Shown: positions 1 through 14,866 of the stretch, in pieces | Layout of the letters: every line of letters starts with the position of its first letter | Position numbering within the stretch: the stretch's first letter is position 1 | Assembly: GCF_018350175.1 (NCBI RefSeq) | Contig: NC_058368.1 | Coordinates: forward strand, 180,298,001-180,362,000 | DNA: 64,000 bases | DNA from: Felis catus | Taxonomy: Eukaryota | Direction: 5' to 3' | The notes under the pieces: generated by a model | The model's input: only the letters and a program-made list of their open reading frames with translations | The model's database searches: none | What the model was told of the DNA's origin: nothing | Translations under genes and position numbers: made by a program

Positions 1-379
1 TTTGGAAAACAAACAAACAAAAACTTCATAGCTTACTGAACGCTGCCTTTGTCCTGATGCTAAGGCAGAAAAAGTAAACTTTAATAAATATCGACACTGA
101 GGAAACATGGGCCAATCTATAAAAGGAATAATGAAAATATAACTCATCAGCTCTGCATAACAAAATGTTTTTCTATGAGATTTATAAAATATGAAGTGTC
201 TGCTTGAATACTTTCCCCCCAATGTATTCAGTAGATACGAAATAGAAAGCACCAATAATTAGTTTATATCCACTTCATTCCATAAAGATTCTGAAGTAGC
301 TTATAGAAAATAAAGTAACACAGCAAACTAGAAAAAAACTTAGGGTCGGGAAATTAACTGAAATTAAAACAGGGTGTCA

Positions 380-764
380 CAATAGAATGGATAAATAAGA
401 TATGGTATATATAGATAATGGAATTACTCAGCCATTGAAAAGAATGAAATAACATGGATGGATCTAGAGGGAATAATGCTAAGTGAAACAAGTCAGAGAA
501 AGACAAATAGTATGTAATTTCACTCATAGGATTTGAGAAACAAATGATCAGAGAAAAAGAAGACAAAAAAACTGACCCTTAAATATACAGAACAAACTGG
601 TGATTACCAGAGGGGAGGTGGGTAGGGAGATGGGTGAAACAGGTGAAGGGGATTAAGAGTACGCTTATCCTGATGAGCACTGAGTAATGTATAGAACTGC
701 TGAGTCACTATGCTATATGCCAGAAACTAATGTAACACTGTATGTTAATTACACTGGAATTAAA
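380..764 (+). mobile_element. 5'-truncated LINE-1 3' end (carnivore L1)
   Basis: L1 ORF2-end/3'UTR sequence (gaatggataaa...ctagagggaataatgctaagtgaa...) ending in an A-tail. Flanked by the TSD AAAACAGGGTGTCA at 366-379 and 765-778. Confidence 0.9.
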
Positions 765-1794
765 AAAACAGGGTGTCAGGAGTAGGAGGAAGAACTCGTG
801 CATTATCGTATTGTTAATATTTAGCCATGCATTCTAAAGCACTATTAGGCCACAAGTGATTAAGGTTCTTTTCTAGACACAATGGAGTTGTCTATAGTAG
901 ACTAACCCTTCTACCAAAAGCAACTATTTAAAAGTTGGATAAATCATAGGAAGCAACTATATGAAGTCACTAGAGAACATCAATATAAGCAAAGTTTGAG
1001 GGGCTATATATAATCTTTGGGAGAAGGAAAACACAAGAAGTTAAGTCTCACATTTACCTGACCTTTTCCCCTAGGGCACTGTCTAAATCACCATGTGGTA
1101 GTGACTGAAGGGAACAAAAGCCAAGCAGAAAGAAGTGGTCTTACTGGGGTAAGAAGAGGGAATTCAGAGTTTGGGGCTTCCAAAAGAGTGAGGAGAAAAT
1201 CACCAATATAACAAAGAGGAGTGAAAAACTGAACACCTTCTTTCAAACTATCCAATGGCTGGCATTAACAAGGCAGGACTCCCAAAAAACCCAGCAGGAA
1301 AAAGCAAACTGGTAGTTGAAGAACTGAGCAGAGATTTCAGCAGCTGTGTGAGGCTGGGGAGTCCCAGAAGGAGCAAGGGAGAAGGGCACTAGTGAATTAC
1401 CTGGTGAAACTAGAAGGGCCATATTTTACCAAAAAGAACTGTACCCTAATAGTAAAGATAAAACTGAAATGCTTCATTCAACCCTAACAGAGCTCCAGAC
1501 CAAGACCGACAGAATTAAGATCACCAGCTGGTATGCCATCTGCCAGAAAAGAACTTAATTGGTTTTTGGAGGAAGATGACATTATCCAAAACCTTTATAA
1601 TTTTGCATTCACAACATCCAGCATCCAGTTTGGGGGGGGGGGGGGGAGGCAGCTTAATAAAAAAGCCAGTTGCTATGACTGAAAACCAATGGGTGGGAAG
1701 AGGACCGACAAGACAACAGAAACAAAAAAGACAAAAGCAACTTTAAAATCTGGAACTGCTTAAAATAAAAAGATATTTAAAAATACTAATTACA

Positions 1795-1990
1795 GGAGCA
1801 CCTGGGTGGCTTGGTTAAGCATCTGACTCTTGAGTTGGGCTCAGGTCATGATCCCAGGGTCGTGGGATCCAGCCCCGTGTCAGGCTCCATGCTGGGTGTG
1901 GAGCCTGCTTGGGATTCTCTTTCTCTCCTTCTGCCCCTCTCCCCTGCTCACACCCTCTCTCTCTAAAATAAATTTGAAAAAAAGTAATAA
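1795..1990 (+). mobile_element. Can-SINE (tRNA-derived carnivore SINE)
   Basis: ggagcacctgggtggct...ggttaagc head, (CT)n segment, A-rich tail. Confidence 0.85.
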
Positions 1991-2268
1991 ATAAAAATGA
2001 AGACATTAAAAAGACATGACAACCAACTATAATAGGTGATCCCGAACTGGACCCCAGACTGGAAAAATAACATGCATGAGACAAATGGTAAACTTAAATA
2101 AGGTCTGTAGACTATTAACTAGTGTTATATCACTAGTTAGTATCCTGATTCCATAATTATACTATGGATACATAAAGTATTGTTATTTGGGGAAGCTAAC
2201 ATAGCAATTCTTTGTACTATTTTGTAATTTTTATATGCCTAATATTATTTCAAAAATGAAAAGCTAAA

Positions 2269-2516
2269 ATGGGAATGCAAGCTGGTGCAGCCACTCTGGA
2301 AAACAGTATGGAGGTTCCTCAAAAAACTAAAAATAGAACTACCCTACGACCTAGCAACTGCACTACTAGGTATTTATCCAAGGGATACAGGTATGCTGTG
2401 TTGAAGGGACACATGCCCTCTAATGTTTATAGAAGCACTATCAACAATAGCCAAAGTATGGAAGGAGCCCAAATGTCCATCAATGGATGAATGGATAAAG
2501 AAGATGTGGTATGTAT

Positions 2517-2569
<53 letters not shown>

Positions 2570-3182
2570 GGAGTATTACTCGGCAATCAAAAGAATGAAA
2601 TCTTGCCATTTGCAACTACGTGGATGAAACTGGAGGGTATTATGCTAAGTGAAATTAGTCAGAGAAAGACAAAAATCATACGACTTCACTCATATGAGGA
2701 CTTTTTTTTAAATTTTTTTTTTCAACGTTTTTTATTTATTTTTGGGACAGAGAGAGACAGAGCATGAACGGGGGAGGGGCAGAGAGAGAGGGAGATACAG
2801 AATCGGAAACAGGCTCCAGGCTCTGAGCCATCAGCCCAGAGCCCGCCGCGGGGCTCGAACTCACGGGCCGCGAGATCGTGACCTGGCTGAAGTCGGACGC
2901 TTAACCGACTGTGCCACCCAGGCACCCCATCATATGAGGACTTTAAGAGACAAAACAGATGAACATAAGGGAAGGGAAATAAAAATAATATAAAAACAGG
3001 GAGGGGGACAAAACAAAAGAGACTCATAAATATGGAGAACAAACTGAGGGTTACTGGAGGGGTTGTGGGAGGGGGGATGGGCTAAATGGGTAAGGGGCAT
3101 TAAGGAATCTACTCCTGAAATCATTGTTTCACTATATGCTAACTAATTTGGATGTAAATTTTAAAAAATAAAAAATAAAAAA
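2269..3182 (+). mobile_element. 5'-truncated felid-type LINE-1 3' end, with internal (CA)n and an antisense SINE insertion
   Basis: ORF2 C-terminal-like translation (MFIEALSTIAKVWKEPKCPSMDEWIKKMW; KNEILPFATTWMKLEGIMLSEISQ), L1 3'UTR and A-tail at ~3160-3182. Confidence 0.92.
2703..2928 (-). mobile_element. Young felid Can-SINE (SINEC_Fc-like) inserted in the L1
   Basis: CpG-rich, near-consensus SINE in reverse orientation. TSD TCATATGAGGACTTT on both sides. Confidence 0.92.
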
Positions 3183-3269
3183 ATGGAAATAGTCTAAAAT
3201 AAGTAGAGGTAGATTGTATGTTGGTAATATTTTAGATATGTTGGGTTAAATAAAATACATTATTAAAAT

Positions 3270-4800
3270 TAAAAAAAAATGAAAACCTTAAAGAAAACTA
3301 CAATCGAAATACTCAAAAAATTAGAGGAAAGGGGCAAAACAATGTAGAAAAGATTCAAAATGAAGCAGAGGGAGAAAAAGCATGGGGAAGAAAAAGCAGA
3401 GGGGCACCTGGCTGGCTCAGTCAGTAAAGCATATGACTCTTGATCTTGGGGTTTGAAGTCTGAGCTCCACACTGGGGGTGATTACTTAGTTTTTAAAAAG
3501 CAGGTGTGAGAGACATATAGGACACACAGTGAAAAATTCTAACACATTATATAAGTACTTAGAATTCTGGGGAGTACAGAATGGAGCAAAGATGAAGTAA
3601 TTTAAGAGATAGGGCTGAAAATTCTAAACTGATGAAAGAACACAACCTACAGATTTAGGAAGCTCAGCACCTCCCAAGCAGGATAAGTACACTCCACACG
3701 CCTCACCTGCAAAAACCCTCAAACCATACTTAGGCATTTATTTAGTCTAAGTACCAAAACAAAGCCTAAGAAAAACAGTAAAAGTAGTCTGAAAAAAAGA
3801 TACACTACCTTCAAAGGAGCAATGAGATAAGTGATATTGAAAAGAAACTACAGAAGCTAAAAGACAATGGAATGCCACCTTTAAAATGCTGAAAGAGCTA
3901 TGGGACTACAATTCTACACTCAATCAAAATACTGTTCAGGGGTGCCTGGGTGGCTCAGTGGTTAAGCGGCCGACTTCGGCTCAGGTCACAATCTCAGTCT
4001 GTGAGTTCAAGTCCCTCATCGGGCTCTCTGTCGGCACTGCAGAGTCAGCTTCAGATCCTCTGTCTCCCCCTCTCTCTGCCCCTCCCCAACTCACACTCTC
4101 CCTTCCAAAAATGAACATTTAAAAAAACAGATCATTCAAAACTACAGGCAATATAAAGATGTTCTCAGACAAATGCCAACAGAATTCATCACCGGCAAAC
4201 GTGCACTACAAAAAAAGTATTAAAAGGAGATCCTCAAGGAAGAAGTGCACAGGAAAGAGTAAATATGTGAATAGATATAAATACAACAAACAATGGGTAA
4301 AGGACTTGAAAAGACCCCTCATGAAAGATATATAAATAGTCAATAAGCATTAAAAAAGGCAATCAACGGGGCGCCTGGGTGGCGCAGTCGGTTGAGCGTC
4401 CGACTTCAGCCAGGTCACGATCTCGTGGTCCGTGAGCTCGAGCCCCACGTCAGGCTCTGGGCTGATGGCTCAGAGCCTGGAGCCTGTTTCCGATTCTGTG
4501 TCTCCCTCTCTCTCTGCCCCTTCCCCGTTCATGCTCTGTCTCTCTCTGTCCCAAAAATAAATAAACGTTGAAAAAAAAAAAATTAAAAAAAAAAAAAAAA
4601 AAGGCAATCAACATTACTACTTATCAGGGAAATGCAAATATTAACCACAGTGAGATGCCACTGAATTCAACAGAAAAGATAAAAGACTGACAAATCAAGT
4701 GTTGGTAAAGATATGGGGCAAATGGAACAATCAAATATTAGTGGTGGGAGTATATAATGGTTACAATACTCTCTTTGGCAATTTTTAATAAAGTTAGGCA
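3270..4800 (+). mobile_element. Old, decayed L1 remnants interrupted by SINEs
   Basis: A-rich L1-like tracts (aagacaatggaatgccacctttaaaatgctgaaag; catcaacattactacttatcagggaaatgcaaat). Boundaries approximate. Confidence 0.6.
4368..4600 (+). mobile_element. Young felid Can-SINE
   Basis: ggggcgcctgggtggcgcagtcggtt head, long A-tail, TSD AAAAAAGGCAATCAAC (4352-4367 and 4597-4612). Confidence 0.93.
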
Positions 4801-5283
4801 AAGCCAACCCTAACCTTACAATGCAGTAATGGTACATCTACATCCTGCCTAGGCCAGGACTAACATCTTATTCTACTTCTTCTGTAATTGTACTCTTCTG
4901 TTTATAGTAGTTCCATCCATTCCCTTATATCACTTGACTTACTGAAGAGTAAAAGACACAAAACCCTTTGAATCTCAAACCTTGACCTCCCTAATGTAGG
5001 CTGCAGAATCTAACCCTTTAGTTTGCAATATTTTCCAATCATTCATTCAAAGTTGTGACAGGAGAAATGCCAAGAAGCAGAGATACTACGCCACAGTAAC
5101 AGCAGGAAAAGGTCATAGCCTTTTGTAGTAGCCAAGAACTGTATTTTCAAACTCAAGAATGAAGCAAACTTACTGTGCAATAAAATCTGAGTAATATAAG
5201 CTTAATCCTCCCCAGTTCTCTCTCAAAAAAAAAATCACAACACAGCACATGGTACACAATATGCCAACAAGGCTTTAGATTAC

Positions 5284-5389
5284 CTTGTCTCTTTCTTTTT
5301 CCTTCAATTTGTCCATGGATCGTTTTAGTCCTTCTTCTAGAAGGTCTATGAGACGCACTGTTTCACCTGAACGTGTTTTAAACTTCTTC
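5284..5389 (-). CDS. RARS1: Arginyl-tRNA synthetase exon 12 (106 nt; [35 protein letters not shown])
   Basis: TAG acceptor, GTAATC donor. Carries the KMSKS-equivalent KFKTR; phase continues from exon 11. Confidence 0.96.
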
Positions 5390-5749
5390 CTAAAAAAATG
5401 TAAGAGTCCCAGTTAAGTAGATTTTGAAACAGAATTTACAACTTCGAAATCTTTGAAAATGACGTTTTGACAATGTCTCATTCCACCTGGCAACCAGGGA
5501 GAATGCTGAAAGAAAGAGTGGTACTTTCAATTATCTTTCATCTTATAGTCCGCAAATCAAAGCATTCTATGCTTTAGGCTCCCCATAGCATTCTCTACAT
5601 GTTGACCTATAATACATTCCCTAAAAGGGAAATAGATAGGACATTTGTTCATTTTCCTCAACATCAAGTTTGGCTTATTTTGCCTTCTCAGAAAAATTAA
5701 TAAGATACATGTTTGATTCTAGAACTGTCTGGGAACTAAGCAAATTCTT

Positions 5750-6155
5750 TATTTTTTTAACTTTTATTTATTTTTAAAATTTATATCAAAGTTAGTTAGC
5801 ATATAATGCAACAATGATTCCAGGAGATTCCTTAATGCCCCTTACCCATTTAGCTCACCCTCCCACAACCCCTCCAGTAACCTTGTTTGTTCTCCGTATT
5901 TAAGAGTCTCTTATGTTTTTGTCCCCCTCCCTGTTTTTGCTTCCCTTCCCTTATGTTCATCTGTTTTGTCTCTTAAAGTCCTCATGAGTGAAGTCATATA
6001 TTTTTCTTCTCTAATTTCACTTAGCATAATACCCTCTAGTTCCATCCACATAGTTGCAAATGGCAAGATCTCATTCCTTTTGATTGCTGAGTAATATTCC
6101 ATTGTGTATGTGTGTGTGTGTGTGTGTATATATACACACACACACATATACATAC

Positions 6156-6227
<72 letters not shown>

Positions 6228-6877
6228 CACATCTTTATCCATTCATCCATCAATAGACATTTGGACTCTTTCCATACTTTGGCTATTGTCGATAGTGCTG
6301 CTATAAACATTGGGGTGCATGTGTCCCTTTGAAACAGCACTCCTATGCCCTTTAGATAAATACCTAGTAGTGCAATTGCTGGGTCATAGGGTAGCTCTAT
6401 TTTTATTTTTTGAGGAACCTCCATACTGTTTTCCAGAGTGGCTGCACCAGCTTGCATTCCCACCAACAATGCAAAAGAGATCCTCTTTCTCCGCATCCTG
6501 GCCAACATCTGTTGTTGCCTGAGTTGTTAATGTTAGCCATTCTGACAGGTGTGAGGTGGTATCTTATTGTGGTTTTGGTTTGTATTTCCCAGATGATGAG
6601 TGATATTGAGCATTTTTTTCGTGTACCAGTTGGCCATCTGGATGTCTTCTTTGGAGAAATGTCTTATTGATGTCTTTTGCCCATTTCTTCACTGGATTAT
6701 TTGTTTTTTAGGTGTTGAGTTTGATAAGTTCTTTATAGATTTTGGATACTAACCCTTTATCTGATATGTCATTTGCAAATATCTTCTCCCATTCCGTTGC
6801 TTGCCTTTTAGTTTTGCTGACTGTTTCCTTTGCTGTGCAGAAGATTTTTATTTTGATGAGGTCCCAGTAGTTCATTT
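5750..6877 (-). mobile_element. 5'-truncated felid-type LINE-1 with internal (TG)n(TA)n(CA)n microsatellite
   Basis: ORF2 C-terminal translation ([63 protein letters not shown]). TSD CTAAGCAAATTCTT at 5736-5749 and 6878-6891. Confidence 0.94.
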
Positions 6878-7108
6878 CTAAGCAAATTCTTAATTGGAAT
6901 CTCATTTTTATTTCTCTAGATAATAACCCCACCTGTTGAGTAGCAACCAACTCTGTACAAATCAGCTGAAGAGCTTAAACACAGGATGTCAGGGCTCCAT
7001 TCATACCACTGAAATCAGAATCTCTGAGAATGTGACAAAAGCTTTGACAGACACTGTCCTGGGCAATGGTACTATTAAAAGCATTTTACAAAAACTGGAT
7101 TTTACTGG

Positions 7109-7690
7109 GACAATTGGCTGGCTCAGTTGGTAGAGCATGGGACTTGATCTCAGGTCATGAGTTCAAGCCCCACGTTGGGCTTACTTCAACAAAAATTGGA
7201 TTATACCTATTAAACAGAAGTTTGTACAACACTGAGTATATAATTTTCTTTTTTATTAAGTTATCTCCATACCTAATGTGGGGCTCAAACTCATGACTCT
7301 GAGATCAAGAGTTGTATGCTCCACCAACTGAGCCAGCCAGGCACCTCTAATTTTCTCTTTTTAAAAAATTCTTTGGGGAGGGTGCCTGGCTGGCTCAGCT
7401 GACTGAGAGTATCTGACTTTGGCTCAGATCATGATCTCACGGTTCATGGGCTCAAGGCCTATGTTGGACTCCATGCTGACAGTGGGGAGCCTGCTTGGGA
7501 TTCTCTCTCTTCCTCTCTCTCTGCTCCTCCCCTGCTTGTGCTGTCTCTCTCAAAAATAAATAAACATTAAATAAAAATAAATAAAAATTCTTTGTGATCA
7601 CCTTGGCTGGCTCATTCAGTTGAACATGCGACTCTTGATCTTGGGGTTGTCTGAACTCCACATTATCAAAAATAAAATCATAAAAAAAAT
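7109..7690. mobile_element. Cluster of Can-SINE copies and fragments in both orientations
   Basis: SINE heads at ~7109 (+), ~7347 (-), ~7379 (+), ~7600 (+). Confidence 0.8.
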
Positions 7691-8695
7691 TCTTCAAATG
7701 CAGAAATGGTACAAATGAAGCATGCTTTTCTAGTCAACACAAAGCCTACCAAAATAATCATGGTATTTCCCATTAAAGTTGTATTTTCAGCATTACCTTA
7801 GAAAGGATCTTCTTGATTATAGTATTAAAACTTACTATCCTACAAATACATTAAATACTTCTGTGGCTTTCCTTATGCCATCCCCTACTGTTTGACTATT
7901 CAGCAACTTCCAAATCTTCTGTCTGATGAAATGATAGCCATCAAAAGAGATGCCAAAATGCTAAGGGAGACCTTCCTATAACATCTCTACAATAAATGGT
8001 CTTTTCCTTTACTGCCTATATACACCTGCCTTGAATTTTTCTGCATTTTTTTGGTGCTGGTTTACTGCTCAGACTAGTGGTTCTAATAGAAGGAATCCAT
8101 ACCTGAATATCAAGAGTTTTTAAAAAAAATGCCTAATACCTACTTTAGTACGTAGTAAGTCAATAACTTCCCTGGTGGGGCTGGCATGTATAGTTTAACA
8201 GTCTCCCCAGGGAACTGCTCTGCTTCACAAGACAGACTCCTTAGTGTAAAGTCCACATTCTATTATCTTTGTGTACACACTGGAGCATCCAGACAATGCC
8301 ATTCATATGTGCTCAATAAACAGGTGTCCAAAAATAAGAGGAAGATGTTTAAATAAAAGGACAAACTATTGCAAAAAGCTTTAAAACAGAAAATTCCACT
8401 AAAAAGCAGATGGCAGAATCTGTGAGCATTTCAATGTAAATATTTAAAATATGGTACACTGCCACTAGTTAACTATCATTAAAATTATTTTTCTCTTTAA
8501 TGGTGCAGGATGCCATAATTACATTAACGGTGAGAGTGCAGAAATATGAAACAAAAAAATCATGGAAAAAAACCTCTTAGCCATTATGTGATCAAGTTAA
8601 TTGCCAAAATATGAGTACTTGTGAGAAATATAGGTATAAAAGTAAATTTGATAATTTCACCCAACTATAAGAAAAATCATCTAAATATCAGTCCA

Positions 8696-9724
8696 GGGGT
8701 GCCTGGGTGGCTCAGCCGGTTAAGCATCCGACTTCACCTTGGGTCATGATCTCACAGTCTGAGTTTGAGCCCCGCATCGGGCTCTGTGCTGACAGCTCAG
8801 AGCCTGGAGGCTGCTTCAGATTCTGTGTCTCCCTCTTTCTCTGCCCCTCCCCTGCTCATGCTCTGTCTCTCTCTGTGTCAAAAATAAATAAAAACATTTA
8901 AAAAATAAAAGTAAAAAATAAATAAACACAAGTCCAAAAAACCAACAGTTAATAAACTAAGATACTATAAGCAATACTCAACACATCGTCCGATTTTCAA
9001 GCACTTTTTTAGGACCACGACACCAAAATGAGGACCTAGTGTCTTTTGATTCCAAAAAAGTGCAGCTCTACACAAGAGTGTAACTTAAATTATAATTTAA
9101 AAATGTTTGATGCTGGGGCACCTGGCTGGCTCAATCAATGAACATATGACTTCAGTTTGGGTCATCTCATGGTTCATGAGTTTGAGCCCCACATCTGTCT
9201 CTGTGCTGACAGCTCAGAGTCTGCATCAGATTCTAAGTCTCCCTCTCTCTCTCTGCCCCTCTCTGCTCATGCTCCCTCTCAAAAATAAATAAAACATTAA
9301 AAAAATTTAAAAAGTGATGTTGATTTCCACGTACTCTAGCTAAAATACCTTCACACATCTAGTCTGATTGTTGTAAACTTCATTAAGGCTTTTGTACATT
9401 GGCTAGCCAAGCATCTTGAGCTACTTCATGTGGTTTTTAAAAGCATTACCACTTCGGTGTAATGACATTTGGGCTGGATCACTAAATCTAAAATGCCACA
9501 GATTTTTAAAAAATTTTTTTATTTTTTAATGTTTGTTTATTTTTGAGAGAGACAGACAGAGTGTGAGCGGGTAAGGGGCAGAGAGAGGGAGACATGGAAT
9601 CTGAAGCAGGCTCCAGGCTCTGAGCTGTCAGCACAGAGCCTGATGCGGGGCTCAAACCCACGAACCGCAAGATCATGACCTGAGGTGAAGTTGGGACGTT
9701 TAACTGACTGAGCCACCCAGGTGG
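8696..9724. mobile_element. Three Can-SINEs: 8696-8925 (+), 9115-9315 (+), 9510-9724 (-)
   Basis: SINE heads and tails. The minus copy has the TSD CTAAAATGCCACAGATTTT. Confidence 0.88.
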
Positions 9725-10386
9725 CTAAAATGCCACAGATTTTAAAAGACATGATGTTAAATAGCTTAGTGACCCTAGGATATTACTGAATACAAGATGC
9801 TAAAAAATTTTATGCCTTTGAGTTGGTGATTATTATCTATATTTGCTTGTATTTATCTTTTATTTCATAAACATTGTACAGAATGTGGGAAAAAGACTGG
9901 AAAACAAAAACTGGATGTGTGAATATTAACATACAGGTCTCAAACTTATTATCTTTGAGATAAACATAAAAATGAAAGCTCAATTTTAAAACTCAATTGG
10001 AATCTCAATAAACGTATACCTATTTAGGTGTTTAACTGTGAAAGAAAAAGACAATTACAAAATGCTTGAAATATACTGTTGAGTATTTTCTTGAAATCTG
10101 AGGAGGTACTGTGATCGACTTTACAATTTAGATCTGTGCAAATGGAAACCCTCTTAAAATCTGTTAAATCTAGTGTGGTTTTCATTCAACTCTTTACAAA
10201 TCTCCCTAAAAGGCTACATTCTCTAATAGCGATAAGACATAGGTACAAAAAAGCTCAGCTGGCAGCATCTGCAGACTGAGAAAAATTATGAACTTTAATT
10301 CTAATTTAATATCTAATGAAACATAGCCTTTTGCAAATAAATCTGGGGGTTGTGTATGTTATTAATACTCAGACTTTCCAGACTTA

Positions 10387-10497
<111 letters not shown>

Positions 10498-10981
10498 CTA
10501 CAAAGAAACAAATAGAAAGTTATCTGCTAAACTTTCTAATAACAAAAAAGTGACTTAAAGCTCTGTATGTAACGATAAAGATTTGTAAAGTTTAAATCTC
10601 ACAAATCTTAGAAGGCAAGCATAATTATAATTATAAATAAGATCATCTTTATTCCCAATATATGAGAAACAGGTAAAGCAGGACTGTTACTTTCTATGTT
10701 CAAAGGTTTTTAAAGTGGCTGAATTAATAGTAGGTTCATTGTGCAAAAATTTCAGTTATATTTTAGGTCTCACAACCCCCTTTCAGATAGGAATGGTCAC
10801 TGATGTTCAGGAAAGTAATCACCAGTTGATGGAGAAAAGCGGAAAAGCTGGGAAATATATTCCGATGTGGTCGAATCCAAACCCGGTTTTTTCTCTGTTA
10901 CAGCAAAGTTCTGATCTTTAGTCGGAAGACTTCTATGTGCTAAATGCCACAAACCTCGCCATACTGTCTCAGTTCCAATCA

Positions 10982-11290
<309 letters not shown>

Positions 11291-12630
11291 TCACATTTTA
11301 TTTTCTATGACCTACTAGGAGTCTGGGAAAATAGCTATTGTCTGGGCGCGCATGATTTCCTCAGGGCAGAGGTGAGATACCTGGCAGTTTTCTGGATTCT
11401 CACTACATTTGGCTCCTAAAAATGTCCCTAAAATTTTATTACCTTAAAAGTATAATCCCTAGGCCACAGATTGTGATTAATAAATACCATTTCCCACTCA
11501 AGGAGCCAGGCTTTCTTGGAGATACGAGATTGGCTGATTCTAGATCTAAGGCAGGAAATGTACAATAATCCTAGAATGTTGTGTACCTGAAAGCAAGTAA
11601 ACTAGCAAAGACTAGAGAGACCGTAGGGCTCAAGAAAAAGACAAAAAAAAGGAAAGCCAATTTGAGGAAGCTACCATTAGCCAAAAAATGAGACAGTGAT
11701 TATTAAAAAGTATAATAAAGGCAAATGATTTCAAAATGTAGAATGGAATAAACCCCATTTAAAATAATGCTAAAAACAACTCAGTTGTATCTGGAACATG
11801 CTAAGAAACTAATTTATTATTCTGAAATTGATAATTAAAAAGAATCAAGCATTTACACTACTTATCTTGAACTGTACTTCAGGATAACCAAAATAATTAT
11901 GAGGCATCATTCTACAAAGGAGAATTCGAGGTAACAGAGAAAGAACAACAGAATACTACCATTTTTCAACCTGTAATGAAGTAATGCATCAAAATCACGA
12001 TAGCTGCTAAAAACAACAGGGAAGAGGCTAACAGGGAAATCTGTGGCTAGATCAGGCTGACAACACCTGAGCCTACTAATCCATCTTAACCTAAAGAGAG
12101 CCAACCTGACATTATTGGAATGCTTGCAAATAAACAAAACAAAACAAAACAAAAAAACAAAAAACAAAAAAAGAAAACCTAAACCAGAATTTAATCAAAC
12201 CACGGGGCGCCTTAATTGGCTCAGTTGGCTAAGCGTCGACTCTTGATTTTGGACATGTTCTTGTGTTTTGGGAGTTTGCGCCCCATATCTGCACTGACAG
12301 TGCAGAGCCTGCTTGGGATTCCCTCTCTCTCTCTCTCTCACAAAATAAATAAATAAACTTAAAAGAAAGAAAGAAACAATTTAATCAAGCCTCTTTAGAA
12401 GATACAGATGGAGGAACTGTTAAATATTATATGGGAAATACTCTTAGACAAATGGCCCAGTTTCTTCAATAACAAAAGAGAAAAATGGGGGGTGGGAGGC
12501 CCTTTGGCTATACAGAATGTAAGATATATATTAAACAAACATAATGTGCAGACTGAAAAAAAAGCTATTGATTGAAAAAGAGAATGTTGTATCCACTTTG
12601 ACCTATTTGAAAATTTCCATAATGAAGTTA

Positions 12631-12816
<186 letters not shown>

Positions 12817-13420
12817 TTAACATTAAAATATATTATTTAACTACAACATCTGGAAGGTTAAATTTAATCACATTAAAAATGTATGATATAGAACATTATA
12901 TATATACTGCCATTTTGAAAACGTGGAAAGAATATGGAAAGACACTCATCAAAATAATAGTCGGTGGAACTATAATTTTTATTTTCTTTTTCCTTGCCCA
13001 CATTTTGTTCTACAAGAAACATGTACATCTTGTATAACTTTTAAAACTCTACCTTTATAAAATGTAAATGCAAAGAAAAAGAACTTCCCTCTTTGGAGAT
13101 CTAATATTTACTGAATTTTCTTATAGTTTTTCCTAAATTGTTCCATCTACCTGTCTAGCCATGCATCAGTAATGCAAATACTACCTATGGCAGCATTATA
13201 AAACATTTTACAAACCAGTGCTGCAAAATAGCTATCACTACCATTCTTTTATTGGCTATTCTTATCCATATATTCTTCAAAGTGACCTTAAAATTACTTT
13301 GTCAAGCTTGAAAACCTGAAATTGTTTGCCAAGTTTTCCCAATTAATTTTTTCTCCTAAGGAAGTTAAAATCTGCAGTTGCCTATCTTAATATACTTTCT
13401 TAATAGCTGTTTCAGTGTCA

Positions 13421-13693
<273 letters not shown>

Positions 13694-14866
13694 TTAAAAA
13701 AAAAAAAGTAATGTTAAAAGAGCCAGCTTTGTATTTCTAGATACAGAGTGTTTCTAAAACAAAAACACCAAAAGTGAGGAAGTGGAAATTTACAACACCT
13801 GGACAGAAACAGAACAGATGCTCTCAACAGCCAACAGTACAGTTACAAATCAATGTGCCAAAGAGCCCTATTATTTCTTTGAAATAATTTTTCTTGAAAA
13901 TACAAAATTCTCACCACAGTGCTACCTCCACTTTTCCAAGTTATAAAATCATTCTTCACAGCAATGGTTTAAGAGTAATAAAGAATAGCTAACAGGTGGG
14001 CTGAATTTTCCGTGCTCCATTTTCCATCCTGGATGTGGTTCTGAATGAGTAATTACTTTTTTTGTAATTAAAAATAAAATTGCTGTCATAGTTTTATTTC
14101 TATTTTGAAAGAAACACATTTACTATTAAAAAAAAAAAAATTGTCTATCCCACCCCAACCTAAACAGGGATAATGCTTTGGTGCATAACTCTAGACATTT
14201 CTTTGCAAATACATGCCTATGTGTTTTAACAAAGCCTGACTATATATGGCTTTTCTTTTACTGTGCCTTTTGAATTTAGCCTCATTGTATCCAGAACACA
14301 AAATTCCAATAGATTACAACATTAGTTATGTAATTTACCAGTCTTACATCGGTAAATATTTTGTTTTCAATTTTTTCATTAGAAAATACTGAGACACATC
14401 CTATAAAACAAAGCAAAAACACACGAATATTTTTGTTTTACTTTTCATGTTTACTTTTTGCCATAGTAATCCTGTTCTTGGGAAGTTGTCTATCGTAAGA
14501 AAATAATTTTAAAAAGAGAAAAAACTTCCATGTTCAAAAGTTGTTTACTGAATGGATAAAAGTACTCCAAAAACACCCCAACATGGGGATTAACATAAAT
14601 TTTAGCACATCAATCCAACAAAAAATATAGTAACACAAAAGAGCTGATAATGAAATGCTAAACATTAATACAAAAATTGTATTACATTCACAAATGGTGT
14701 AATAAATGTCTGTATATGGACATCACAAAGTCAAAGAAAGTTGACTACAGTAATTTAAAATTACGGTTTATAAAAACCTAATTGTCTTCTAAAAACTATT
14801 TTTACCTACACTTTAACATTTTCAACATACCAAATTGAGAAAAGCATCAAGAAAACTTCAAATACT

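Noticed and set aside
2269..6950. ORFs with L1 ORF2-like peptides and CVCV/THTH runs
   Set aside because: 5'-truncated, frameshifted L1 fragments and microsatellite translations, not genes.
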